A stretch of DNA of 32,000 bases from Nitrosospira multiformis ATCC 25196 (GTDB lineage Bacteria > Pseudomonadota > Gammaproteobacteria > Burkholderiales > Nitrosomonadaceae), in the NCBI RefSeq assembly GCF_000196355.1, contig NC_007614.1:2220001-2252000 (forward strand). Direction: 5' to 3'. Below are positions 18,686-28,289 of this stretch, piece by piece. A program made the position numbers and the translations under genes. Under the pieces are notes generated by a model. It did not search any database. It saw only the letters and a list, made by a program, of their open reading frames with translations, and was not told the origin of the DNA. The number at the start of each line of letters is the position of its first letter. The first letter of the stretch is position 1.

Positions 18686-20098
18686 TCAATAATGACCTGC
18701 TCTGGCGTAGCTTTCGAATCGGGTATATTCGCCCAGAAAAGTCAGATCGACCTTGCCGATCGGTCCATTCCTCTGCTTTCCTATAATGATTTCGGCGATT
18801 CCCTTGTCCGGTGTCTCCGGGTTATAAACTTCGTCCCGATAGATGAAAAGAATCAGATCGGCATCCTGTTCGATCGCACCGGACTCGCGCAGATCGGACA
18901 TAACGGGACGCTTGTTCGGACGCTGCTCAAGACTTCGATTCAACTGGGATAACGCGACAACGGGCACATGCAGTTCTTTTGCCAGTGCCTTGAGGGAGCG
19001 GGATATTTCGGAAATCTCCGTTGCGCGGTTCTCGCCCTGGCCGGCGGCGGACATCAACTGGAGATAATCCACCACGATCAAGCCCAGTTCCCCATGCTGG
19101 CGATGCAGCCGGCGCGCGCGCGCCCTTAATTCCAGGGCATTCAAAGCGGCACTTTCGTCAATAAAAAGCGGAGCGTCGTTCAGCTTGCCAAGCGCATGCG
19201 TCAGGCGGGACCAATCCTCGTCCAGCAGGCGGCCGGTACGCACCTTGTGCTGATCCAGCTTTCCGACGGAGCCCAGCATACGCATCGCCAGTTGCGCGCC
19301 TCCCATTTCCATGCTGAATACCGCTACCGGTTTTTGGAGCGTGAGTGCAACATGTTCGGCAATATTGAGCGAAAAGGCGGTTTTGCCCATCGATGGCCGA
19401 CCCGCAACAATGACAAGATCCCCCGGCTGAAAGCCCGAAGTCTTTTCATCCAGATCATGGAAGCCGGTTGCGATTCCGGTAACATCGCTTTGATTATCCT
19501 GGTTGTAGAGCGTCTCTATACGCTCCACGACCTCCTTCAGCAGCGGCTGAATGTCGATAAAACCCTGCTTGCCTCGCGCACCTGCCTCGGCAATTTCAAA
19601 AACCCTGGCCTCGGCTTCATCCAGCAGCGTGGCGGCTGAACGCCCAGCAGGGTTGTATGCCGAATCCGTGATGTCGGTCCCCACCTGGGCAAGCTTGCGC
19701 ATGATTGCGCGCTCGCGCACGATTTCCGCATAGCGGCGGATATTTGCAGCCGAAGGCGTATTCTGTACGAGGATCCCCACGTAAGCGAGCCCCCCAGCCC
19801 CCTGCAATTCCGCGGATATTTCAAGTGATTCCGCTACCGTGATGACATCGGCCGGTTTGCTGTGCTCGACCAGTTTGCAGATATGGCGGTAGATGAGCTT
19901 GTGATCCTGCCGGTAGAAGTCATCTTCCGTGATCACGTCCGCTACCTTATCCCATGCGTGATTGTCCAGCATCAATCCGCCCAATACCGATTGCTCTGCT
20001 TCAACCGAATGCGGGGGCAATTTGTATGATTCGAGTAATTGCTCGTTTGAAGCTGCCGTTACAAATTGAGGCATGGAGTTACGTGACGTTACAGGCAT
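18686..20098 (-). CDS. dnaB: Replicative DNA helicase
   Basis: PPHSVEAEQSVLGGLMLDN, GDLVIVAGRPSMGKTAFSLNIAE, MEMGGAQLAMRML, IVVDYLQLM, SDLRESGAIEQDADLILFIYRDEVY. Confidence 0.97.
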   Translation of the reverse strand: MPVTSRNSMPQFVTAASNEQLLESYKLPPHSVEAEQSVLGGLMLDNHAWDKVADVITEDDFYRQDHKLIYRHICKLVEHSKPADVITVAESLEISAELQGAGGLAYVGILVQNTPSAANIRRYAEIVRERAIMRKLAQVGTDITDSAYNPAGRSAATLLDEAEARVFEIAEAGARGKQGFIDIQPLLKEVVERIETLYNQDNQSDVTGIATGFHDLDEKTSGFQPGDLVIVAGRPSMGKTAFSLNIAEHVALTLQKPVAVFSMEMGGAQLAMRMLGSVGKLDQHKVRTGRLLDEDWSRLTHALGKLNDAPLFIDESAALNALELRARARRLHRQHGELGLIVVDYLQLMSAAGQGENRATEISEISRSLKALAKELHVPVVALSQLNRSLEQRPNKRPVMSDLRESGAIEQDADLILFIYRDEVYNPETPDKGIAEIIIGKQRNGPIGKVDLTFLGEYTRFESYARAGHY

Positions 20099-20135
20099 GT
20101 CTGGATTTTAACACTGTTGCAATGAGCCAGAAATC

Positions 20136-20162
20136 AAAAAGGGCTGTTGCCAGCCCCTTTTG
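20136..20162 (-). terminator. Rho-independent terminator after rplI
   Basis: Minus strand CAAAAGGGGCTG-GCAA-CAGCCCTTTTTG; stem and T-run between rplI and dnaB. Confidence 0.75.
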
Positions 20163-20185
20163 AAAATCAAAAGACAGACCCCTTT

Positions 20186-20641
20186 TCAGGAGACCGATTC
20201 ACCCAGAACAGATACGATGATATGCGCAGCCACATCGGTATGCAGCACGATGGTTACCGGATGATCGCCCACCTGCTTCAATGAACCCTGAGGCATGCGT
20301 ATCATGGATCTTTCAACTTCAAAACCTTGGGCCTTCAGCGCATCCTCGATATCTGCATTGGTCACTGAACCGAACAGCTTACCGTCCACCCCTGCCTTTT
20401 GAGTAACCTGCAGCATCAATCCTTCCAGCTTGGCAGCACGGGCCTGGGCCGCAGCCAGGATATCCGCCTGGGTTTTCTCCAGTTCCGCGCGCTTTGACTC
20501 GAACTCGGCAACGGCCGCCTGGGTAGCGCGCTTTGCCTTGCCCTGCGGGATAAGGAAATTCCGTGCGTAACCGTTTTTAACCTTTACAACATCGCCCAGT
20601 TGGCCCAGGTTGACAACTTTCTCCATCAGTATGATCTGCAT
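20186..20641 (-). CDS. rplI: 50S ribosomal protein L9
   Basis: [36 protein letters not shown]. Confidence 0.97.
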   Translation of the reverse strand: MQIILMEKVVNLGQLGDVVKVKNGYARNFLIPQGKAKRATQAAVAEFESKRAELEKTQADILAAAQARAAKLEGLMLQVTQKAGVDGKLFGSVTNADIEDALKAQGFEVERSMIRMPQGSLKQVGDHPVTIVLHTDVAAHIIVSVLGESVS

Positions 20642-20652
20642 ATCGACTCTCC

Positions 20653-20937
20653 TCAGTGCAAATCGGTATAAGGAAGCAATGCCAGAAAGCGGGCGCGCTC
20701 CACGGCAGTACTCAGTTGACGCTGGTACCTGGACTTCGTCCCCGTTATGCGCGCCGGAATGATCTTGCCGTTCTCGTTGATGAAATCCTTCAATAACTCA
20801 ATGTCCTTGTAATCGACTGTTTTGATGCCTTCCGCAGTAAAACGGCAGAATTTCCTGCGTTTGAATAAAGGGCGGTTGGCCTTCTTGTCCTTATCCTTGT
20901 CCTTACCGTCCTTACGTTTAGAAATAAAACGAGCCAT
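20653..20937 (-). CDS. rpsR: 30S ribosomal protein S18
   Basis: [64 protein letters not shown]. Confidence 0.97.
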
Positions 20938-20968
20938 AATTTTTTCCTGTCTGTAAATAAAGATCCAT

Positions 20969-21265
20969 TTAGATGGGATCGATCCGGTTTACATGCAGCG
21001 CCAACTGCAAACTCATGCGGCTTTTTCTTGCAAGAAACCCGGCGAGCCTTACTGTCGCCCCTGGAGTCAGGCCTGCAGCAATCTCGGCGATCTGCGCCAA
21101 GGCTACGGCAGAAACTTCACACTCCACCCACCTTGGCTTCCCCGCCTCGACTTGGCGCGAAACGTGTCTGATCTTGAGTTCGACTACTGCCACTCCGGCC
21201 GGGCTATAACGCAAGCTGCCGATTTCTGTAACCGTTCCGCAAATTTCAGTCCGATTGCAATCCAA
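20969..21265 (-). CDS. priB: Primosomal replication protein N
   Basis: OB-fold-like 98-aa ORF ([19 protein letters not shown]...[14 protein letters not shown]) in the conserved rpsF-priB-rpsR position; TTG start. Confidence 0.88.
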
Positions 21266-21277
21266 CGACTTGGCAGC

Positions 21278-21655
21278 CTAGGTTGCAAGCGTGGTTTCCT
21301 TGGCTTCCTCTGCGGGCTGCGGAGCGGATTTGGCCTTCTCTTCGCGCATCATGGGTGAGGGTGCAGTAACCGGCTCATCCATTTTGAGGGTAAGGTGGCG
21401 CAATATGGCGTCATTGAATTTGAATGCGTGCTCCAGCTCGTCCAGTGTTTCCTGATCACATTCAATGTTCATGAGCACATAATGTGCCTTGTGAACCTTC
21501 TGGATCAGGTACGCGAGCTGGCGCCGTCCCCAATCTTCCAGGCGATGCACTTGCCCGTTTCTGGCGGTCACGATGTTGCGATACCGTTCGATCATTGCGG
21601 ATACCTGCTCGCTTTGATCGGGATGAACAATGAATACAATTTCGTAATGTCGCAT
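21278..21655 (-). CDS. rpsF: 30S ribosomal protein S6
   Basis: [25 protein letters not shown]...[30 protein letters not shown]. Confidence 0.97.
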   Translation of the reverse strand: MRHYEIVFIVHPDQSEQVSAMIERYRNIVTARNGQVHRLEDWGRRQLAYLIQKVHKAHYVLMNIECDQETLDELEHAFKFNDAILRHLTLKMDEPVTAPSPMMREEKAKSAPQPAEEAKETTLAT

Positions 21656-21845
21656 GCAGTCTCCTTATGGGTAAAGCCTCCCATGATGCGAACACGGTGA
21701 GGCAAGGTCGAGTGTTTCAAGAGGCCGGTACTATACTCAACCCGCTGGAAAATATCAATTTTGATCGGGGTCATAGGAGAAGAGTTAATATTTGTTTCCC
21801 GGTGCGTGCTGCGGCGAAAAAGTGAGGCAGGGCGCGAACTAGGGG

Positions 21846-22595
21846 TCAGCCGGCCTTGGGGGCATATCTCTGGCGGTGCGTTTCAAACAGGCAAATACCC
21901 GCGCTCACGGAAACGTTGAGACTTTCCACGCTACCCAGCATGGGAATCGAAACAAGCTGATCGCAGTTTTCCCGCGTCAGCCGCCGCATTCCTTTTTCTT
22001 CCGAACCCAGTACCCATGCGATGGGTCCAGCAAGCTGGAGGACGCCAAGCTGGGTATCGGCATCGGCAGCCGTTCCCAGGACCGTTACTCCCCGCTGCTT
22101 CAATCCGCGCAGGGTACGGGCGAGATTCGTCACGGAAATATAGGGAACGTTATCGGCCGCGCCGCTTGCCACCTTGTGCACGGCAGCGGTGAGACCCACC
22201 GCGCGGTCTTTCGGCGCAATCACAGCATGAACACCGAAAGCATCTGCAACACGCAGGCAGGCACCGAGATTATGAGGATCCTGGATACCATCCAGCACCA
22301 GAAGCAGCGCGGGCTCAGCGAGGGTGTCGAGCACATCGTCGATATCCACATACGCCCGGGCGGAGTCGATACGCGCGACTACCCCCTGGTGCCGGGCATT
22401 GCCCGCCAAAGCCATGAGCCTCGCATTGTCGCATGCAATCAAGCGTATGTCCTGGGCTTCCGCCAACGCCGCCAGATCGCGGGCGCGTTGATCTCTTCGC
22501 TCCGCATCGAGGAAAACCTCCCTGACGCTGGCCGCATTCTGCCGCAACCGACTGGTAATTGCATGAAAACCGAATATAAAACGTGAGCCGGACAT
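21846..22595 (-). CDS. rlmB: 23S rRNA 2'-O-methyltransferase, SpoU family
   Basis: [88 protein letters not shown]. Confidence 0.95.
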   Translation of the reverse strand: MSGSRFIFGFHAITSRLRQNAASVREVFLDAERRDQRARDLAALAEAQDIRLIACDNARLMALAGNARHQGVVARIDSARAYVDIDDVLDTLAEPALLLVLDGIQDPHNLGACLRVADAFGVHAVIAPKDRAVGLTAAVHKVASGAADNVPYISVTNLARTLRGLKQRGVTVLGTAADADTQLGVLQLAGPIAWVLGSEEKGMRRLTRENCDQLVSIPMLGSVESLNVSVSAGICLFETHRQRYAPKAG

Positions 22596-22654
22596 CTATA
22601 GTAACGAGTAATTGCAGAAAATGATAAGCGGGGACTGGACATTCATCGCGGAAA

Positions 22655-24862
22655 TCAACTCACTGCCTCGGTTTTTATTTTCCCCGCATCCTGGGCATTT
22701 TCAGCGAGCACGAAATCTATCTTGCTGGATTCCAGATCGACTCGAACCAGCCTGACTCTGAGCCGGTCACCCAGGCGGTAGCGCTTCCCCGTGCGCTCCC
22801 CCAGCAACATATGCCTGACCGCGTCAAAATGGAAATAATCGCTGGGCAGTTCTGAAACATGCACGAGTCCCTCGACATAAATTCCGTCCAGCGCCACAAA
22901 AAGACCAAAACCGGCGACCCCACTGACGACTCCCTCAAAGCATTCTCCGATTCTGTCCTGCATGTAATAGCACTTGAGCCACGCTTCGACATCGCGCGTG
23001 GCCTCGTCCGCGCGGCGCTCCGTCTGCGAACAATGCTCGCCCAGTTCGTGCCAGTTGCCGGGAGAGTATGCTGCCTTGTTCAGGACAGCCTTGATGGCTC
23101 GATGGACGAGGAGATCGGGATAACGCCTGATGGGGGATGTAAAGTGTGTATAGGATTCATAGGCCAGGCCGAAATGGCCAACGTTGTCGGGACTGTACAC
23201 TGCCTGGCGCAAGGATCGAAGCATCACGGTCTGCAACAGCTGCGCATCGGGCCGATCCTTTATTGTAGATAACGTACGAGCGTAATCTTTCGCCCTGGGG
23301 TTATCCCCCCCACCTAACTGAACACCGAATTCCTTGAGAAAATCACGCAGAGCGGCCAGTTTTTCCGGCGTCGGACCTTCATGGACCCGATAGAGAGTCG
23401 CCTGCTTGTGTTTCTGCAGAAAATCGGAGGCACATACATTGGCGGCGAGCATGCATTCTTCGATGATGCGATGCGCGTCGTTACGTTGTATCGGCAGGAT
23501 GCGCTCGATTTTGCCCTCATCGTTGAAGATCATGCGCGTTTCGATCGTTTCAAAATCAATTGCCCCCCGCAGATTTCGCGCTTTCAGCAATACCTTGAAT
23601 AATTTGTAGAGCAACTGGATGTGCGGCAAGAGATCCTTATATTGTTTCGCTTCCTCTCCCTTAGAATTCTCCAGCATGGCCGCCACTTTTGTATAGGTAA
23701 GCCGGGCGTGAGAAAACATGACTGCGGGATAAAAACGATAGCCCTTGAAGTCACCTGCAAAATCCAGGCTTATTTCGCACACCATGGATAAGCGATCTAC
23801 CTCCGGGTTGAGAGAACAGAGCCCGTTCGATAGCGCTTCCGGCAGCATGGGGATAACCCGCCGCGGAAAATAGACGGAATTTCCACGATTGTATGCCTCC
23901 TGATCGAGAGCGTCGCCCGGCTTTACATAATGGCTGACGTCGGCGATGGCGACATAAAGCTTGTAATCCTTTCCGTCACGCTCGCAATATACGGCGTCGT
24001 CGAAATCCCGGGCAGTTTCGCCGTCTATCGTCACCAGCGGAAGGTGACGAAGGTCTTCTCTCTTGATCAGGTCTTTTTTTAACACCTTGGATGGAAGACG
24101 TGCCGAAAGTTTTTCCACTTCCTGTGGAAACTGGTAAGGCAAGTCGTGCTTGCGAAGCGCGATTTCGATCTCCATTCCGGGGGCCGTGTAGTCGCCCAAA
24201 ATCTCGATGATGCGCCCAATAGGCTGGGCATGTTTACTCGGCTGCTGGAGGATTTCCACGATGACCACCTGGCCTGCCCTTGCATTCATCGATTCTTCTC
24301 GGGGAATCAGAATGTCCTGGCTGATACGTCTATTCTCCGCCTCCACGTAAAGAATTCCGTGATCCGCATGTAATCGTCCCACCAACTGCGTTACTGCGCG
24401 CTCCAGCACCTCTACGATGGCTCCCTCCCGGCGGCCTCGCCGGTCAACCCCGATTTCACGCACCATCACGCGGTCGCCATGCAGCGCCTTGCGCATTTCT
24501 TTGGCACTCAAAAACAAATCGGGACTGCCATCGTCAGGTATCAGAAAACCAAATTCATCCGGGTGACCCTGAACCTTGCCTTTGATAAGAGCGAGCTTCT
24601 CCACCATGCAGATATCGCCCTTCCGGTTGCGCATGATCTGGCCTTCGCGCAACATGGCAGAAAGACGGCGGCTGAAGATCTCGCCTTCTTCTTCGGTGAT
24701 TCCGAGCAGGTTCTGCAATGCTTCCTCGGGTACGGGAACGCCTTGCTCTTCGAGTATCTGGAGTATGAATTCCCGGCTAGGCAGCGCATGCCCATAATGC
24801 TCTTTTTCCCGTTCAAGATAAGGGTCAAGCTTGCGGAGCTTTTGTTTCTTCTTGATTGTCAA
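22655..24862 (-). CDS. rnr: Ribonuclease R
   Basis: VTIDGETARDFDDAVYCE, YSPDNVGHFGLAYESYTHFTSPIRRYPDLLVHR (RNB), C-terminal S1 region. Confidence 0.97.
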   Translation of the reverse strand: MTIKKKQKLRKLDPYLEREKEHYGHALPSREFILQILEEQGVPVPEEALQNLLGITEEEGEIFSRRLSAMLREGQIMRNRKGDICMVEKLALIKGKVQGHPDEFGFLIPDDGSPDLFLSAKEMRKALHGDRVMVREIGVDRRGRREGAIVEVLERAVTQLVGRLHADHGILYVEAENRRISQDILIPREESMNARAGQVVIVEILQQPSKHAQPIGRIIEILGDYTAPGMEIEIALRKHDLPYQFPQEVEKLSARLPSKVLKKDLIKREDLRHLPLVTIDGETARDFDDAVYCERDGKDYKLYVAIADVSHYVKPGDALDQEAYNRGNSVYFPRRVIPMLPEALSNGLCSLNPEVDRLSMVCEISLDFAGDFKGYRFYPAVMFSHARLTYTKVAAMLENSKGEEAKQYKDLLPHIQLLYKLFKVLLKARNLRGAIDFETIETRMIFNDEGKIERILPIQRNDAHRIIEECMLAANVCASDFLQKHKQATLYRVHEGPTPEKLAALRDFLKEFGVQLGGGDNPRAKDYARTLSTIKDRPDAQLLQTVMLRSLRQAVYSPDNVGHFGLAYESYTHFTSPIRRYPDLLVHRAIKAVLNKAAYSPGNWHELGEHCSQTERRADEATRDVEAWLKCYYMQDRIGECFEGVVSGVAGFGLFVALDGIYVEGLVHVSELPSDYFHFDAVRHMLLGERTGKRYRLGDRLRVRLVRVDLESSKIDFVLAENAQDAGKIKTEAVS

Positions 24863-24918
24863 AGCTGATTTCCTATAGAATTGCGCCTCTGTCCCATCGT
24901 TGGACAGATTCGCTCATT

Positions 24919-25005
24919 GCCCAGATGGCGGAATTGGTAGACGCACTAGGTTCAGGTCCTAGCGGTGGCAACACTGTGGAGGTTCGAGTCCTCTTCTGGG
25001 CACCA
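24919..25005 (+). tRNA. tRNA-Leu (anticodon CAG)
   Basis: GCCCAGATGGCGGAATTGGTAGACGCACTAGGTTCAGGTCCTAGCGGTGGCAACACTGTGGAGGTTCGAGTCCTCTTCTGGGCACCA; anticodon loop TTCAGGT between CTAGG/CCTAG. Confidence 0.97.
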
Positions 25006-25189
25006 ATCAAAACATTTCCGCAGATTCCACCTGTACTGACTGTACCGGCCCAAAAGGCACAAGGAGTGCTGCTTTTCTCAGTATAGCAGGACAGCGCATC
25101 GCATTCCGGAATTACCCCTGCTATCCCTTTTCCCCTTAGTTACGCTCAGGCTCTGCGGTGCGATTTTAGCCAGAAGATGCCAAGGAATA

Positions 25190-25215
25190 GATAGCTGTAA
25201 AATTTTACAGCTATC
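25190..25215. repeat. Perfect 26-bp palindrome GATAGCTGTAAAATTTTACAGCTATC
   Basis: Second half is the exact reverse complement of the first. Confidence 0.9.
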
Positions 25216-25672
25216 CACGCCCTGCGATCTGTTGTCTCATAACATGCTCCTGTGCCAAAAGAAATGAGACTCTGACTACCGCAACAGGTTGTCTTGCTGC
25301 ACATGAATGACGCTTTGGCGAATCCGGAAGGCAATGTGTTTCATCCGACACCAGAAGGCGCAGGTAGGCATGCTCGATAAGCTGATTGGGATAACTGGCT
25401 GGTAAAGTGAATCCGATTCTCGCCGTTAAAGACTTGTGTTCAAGAAGTCCAGCTTGCGTTTCTATCATGATCCGTAAATATATTCCAGCTGGGCTGTTAT
25501 CTTTGGTTACGAACTCTGGCAAGGGATCCAATAAGGCGAAAACAACGAGATTCTACCGGGAAAGCAAGGATATTCTGACGAAAATCCCTGCTGGCACGCC
25601 GCTCGAATTATCCCCTCCGGGGGCGATTTTAAATTCTTTCGACTTGAATTACAGTTGCTTGAGCTCATCCAG

Positions 25673-26455
25673 ATGAACGATATTGTGACCGCCTTTAACG
25701 AATATTTCGAAGTTGTCGACGCCGACACTCCGGAGCGATTGCAGGATGTATTTCGCCTTCGTTACCAAGTGCTCTGTATCGAGCAGCGTCTGCCTGGATT
25801 TGAAGCTTCACGCTATCCTGATGGGTGCGAATGTGACAGTTACGATGCTCATTCCTCTCATATGCTTCTTCGTCACCGTCCATCCGGCGATTTTGTCGGA
25901 ACCGCTCGCCTGATACTCCCGGATCCGCTGACTCCCGAAAAACCCTTTCCTATCGAACAGCATGCGCAACTGGATCCATTTTTCAATATCAACCGGTTAC
26001 CTCGGCAACATGCAGCCGAAGTATCTCGCCTGCTCGTCGTACGCCGATTCAGGCGGCGTAAAGGGGATAGCGGCGGGCCAGAAAATGAAATAGTTGTTGA
26101 AGACAGAGCTATAGAAAAACCACGCCGCTTCCCTCACCCGGTCCTCGCGCTTGCTGTTGGCCTGATCCGCATGTCCGCTGCTCATCACATAACTCATTGG
26201 CTATCGATCATGGACCCTGCCCTGAACAGGCTGTTAACCCTCTATGGGCTCCAGCACGATCCCGTGGGCCCATTGATTGAGCATCACGGTCAGCGTCGAC
26301 CTTATCACGTCGACTTGTCCGCCATGTTGAACAGAATGCATGAAAGTCATCCTCTGATTTGGGAACTTGTTACTGATTTCGGCAGGAGCCTGCCAGCACC
26401 TCCAGGGTCGGCTCCAGTACCTATCTCCACCGTTCTTGCTGATATTGAAAAATAA
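25673..26455 (+). CDS. PEP-CTERM/exosortase system-associated acyltransferase
   Basis: FNEYFEVVDADTPERLQDVFRLRYQVLCIEQRLPGFE...YDAHSSHMLLRHRPSGDFVGTARLILPDP...FPIEQH...AEVSRLLVVRRFRRR; family N-acyltransferase features. Start ATG 25673 or upstream at 25655. Confidence 0.88.
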   Translation: MNDIVTAFNEYFEVVDADTPERLQDVFRLRYQVLCIEQRLPGFEASRYPDGCECDSYDAHSSHMLLRHRPSGDFVGTARLILPDPLTPEKPFPIEQHAQLDPFFNINRLPRQHAAEVSRLLVVRRFRRRKGDSGGPENEIVVEDRAIEKPRRFPHPVLALAVGLIRMSAAHHITHWLSIMDPALNRLLTLYGLQHDPVGPLIEHHGQRRPYHVDLSAMLNRMHESHPLIWELVTDFGRSLPAPPGSAPVPISTVLADIEK

Positions 26456-26609
26456 TAATCGCATATTCGCGGCCCTTCATCTAGCCCGCCTTCGCGAGTT
26501 ATCGTCTATCGCTAGTTCTCATTCCGAAAGTCCAAACACTCGATCCCCGCAAGGATAAGACTGCTCAAACCATTCAAGCACGCATATTCCTGTCGGGTGA
26601 GTAAAAATT

Positions 26610-27059
26610 GTGACAATTAAAATAAAAATCGGTCATCTGATTTCGTCTATATGCCTGCTACTCGGCCTTTTATTCATGGCGGGTAAAACGTGCGCAGTCG
26701 AGCCCTACGAGATCATCACGAACTCGGGCGTCCACGAAAAAACCCTTTCCAAGAACGCCTTGCGCGCCATATTCGGCATGCGCCTGCATACATGGCCGGA
26801 CGGCAGTCCCATTCATGTGTTCGTACTTCCGGATGAAGCCCCCCTGCACATCGCGTTCTCCAAGGAAAAACTGAATGTTTTTCCCTATCAACTCCGCGCA
26901 GCATGGGACCGGCTGGTGTTCTCGGGTACAGGACAGGCACCGGAAACAGTCGCTTCTCCAGAGGAGATGCTTGCAAAAGTCGGTAGCACACCCGGAGCAA
27001 TTGGCTATTTAACCCGATCCAGAATGGATGGCAGTGTAAATGTTCTACACGTCAAGTAA
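26610..27059 (+). CDS. Small PstS-like/phosphate ABC transporter substrate-binding-like periplasmic protein
   Basis: Signal peptide, then YEIITNSGVHEKTLSKNALRAIFGMRLHTWPDGSPIHVFVLPDEAPLHIAFSKEKLNVFPYQLRAAWDRLVFSGTGQAPETVASPEEMLAKVGSTPGAIGYL. Confidence 0.85.
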   Translation: MTIKIKIGHLISSICLLLGLLFMAGKTCAVEPYEIITNSGVHEKTLSKNALRAIFGMRLHTWPDGSPIHVFVLPDEAPLHIAFSKEKLNVFPYQLRAAWDRLVFSGTGQAPETVASPEEMLAKVGSTPGAIGYLTRSRMDGSVNVLHVK

Positions 27060-28287
27060 CCCCATTCCCCGCTGTTTGACGCGAGCGATTATCCGGCTCG
27101 TCGTGGTGGGTGCTGCCCTTTCGAATTGTATTGCTTACGCGCAAAAACTGCCGATTCCCCAGAACCTGCCGAACAACCTGCAAATACATGGTTTTGTTAG
27201 CCAGAGTTGGCTCAAGAGCACGGACAACAATAACGTTTTCGGGAAAAGCAGTTCCGATAGTGGAAGTTTTGACTTCAGGGAATTGGGACTGAATGCTTCC
27301 ATGAGGCCCAAGCCCAACCTCCAGTTTTCGGCTCAGATGATTTCCCGCACTGCGGGAAAAGGAAGTCCGGGCAATATCCGGTTCGATTACGGATTCATCG
27401 ATTATGCGTTTCTATCGGAAGAAAACAGCAAGATAGGAATACGCCTGGGCAGGATGAAGAATCCGCTCGGCTTTTACAACGACACACGCGACGTTCCCTT
27501 CACGCGGCCCAGCATACTTTTACCTCAATCCATCTACTTCGATCGCACGCGCAAATTGGGGATTGCAGCAGATGGGGTACATTTATACGGTGAATACCGT
27601 TTCGAGCACGGCGTCCTGTCTTTTCAGGGTGGACCGGTACGTCCACTAGTCAGAGGTGCTGAAGCAGAAGTAGCGCTGTTGGGCCAGGGGATGCCAGGCC
27701 ATCTTGCTCCAGACATCTCCTATATTGGCCGTATAAGCTACGAACTCGACGAGGGCCGGCTTCGTTTTGCAGTCAGCGGAACGAATTTGAACATAGATTA
27801 TGACCCCGCAAGCGGGGACCGGCTTGGCGCGGGCTCAATTCGCTTTACACCTCTCATTTTCTCCGCGCAATATAACGCAGAACGCTGGAGTTTCACTTCG
27901 GAATACGCGATACGCCATTTCGAATATAAAAATTTTGGCAGGGCGGCCCTCAATCTGGATTTCTTTGGCGAAAGCTATTACCTTCAGGGAGCTTATCGAA
28001 TCACGCCGGAATTGGAAGCGATCGCTCGCTACGACGTACTGTATACGGACAGTAATGACCGCAGCGGAAAAAAATGGGCAGCGGCTACAGGCGGCGATCC
28101 GCATCGGCGGTTTGCTAAAGACATTACCGTAGGGTTGCGCTGGAACGTCACGCCTGAGTTCATGTTGCGCGCCGAGTATCACCGCGTGAACGGAACAGGC
28201 TGGCTTTCGACTCTTGACAATCCCAATTCGGGAGACCTTTCACCGCATTGGAATCTGTTTTCCATTCTCGGCTCCTACCGGTTCTAG
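27040..28287 (+). CDS. Outer-membrane beta-barrel (porin-like) protein
   Basis: Signal peptide ending AYAQ, alternating aromatic/hydrophobic strands, C-terminal F (NLFSILGSYRF). Confidence 0.82.
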   Translation: MFYTSSNPIPRCLTRAIIRLVVVGAALSNCIAYAQKLPIPQNLPNNLQIHGFVSQSWLKSTDNNNVFGKSSSDSGSFDFRELGLNASMRPKPNLQFSAQMISRTAGKGSPGNIRFDYGFIDYAFLSEENSKIGIRLGRMKNPLGFYNDTRDVPFTRPSILLPQSIYFDRTRKLGIAADGVHLYGEYRFEHGVLSFQGGPVRPLVRGAEAEVALLGQGMPGHLAPDISYIGRISYELDEGRLRFAVSGTNLNIDYDPASGDRLGAGSIRFTPLIFSAQYNAERWSFTSEYAIRHFEYKNFGRAALNLDFFGESYYLQGAYRITPELEAIARYDVLYTDSNDRSGKKWAAATGGDPHRRFAKDITVGLRWNVTPEFMLRAEYHRVNGTGWLSTLDNPNSGDLSPHWNLFSILGSYRF

Positions 28288-28289
28288 AC

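Noticed and set aside
21876-22586. 236-aa plus-strand ORF opposite rlmB.
   Set aside because: Antisense to a clearly conserved methyltransferase; no motifs of its own.
25507-25728. Minus-strand ORF and plus ORF 25407..25676 upstream of the acyltransferase.
   Set aside because: Short, mutually overlapping, no motifs or convincing ribosome-binding sites.
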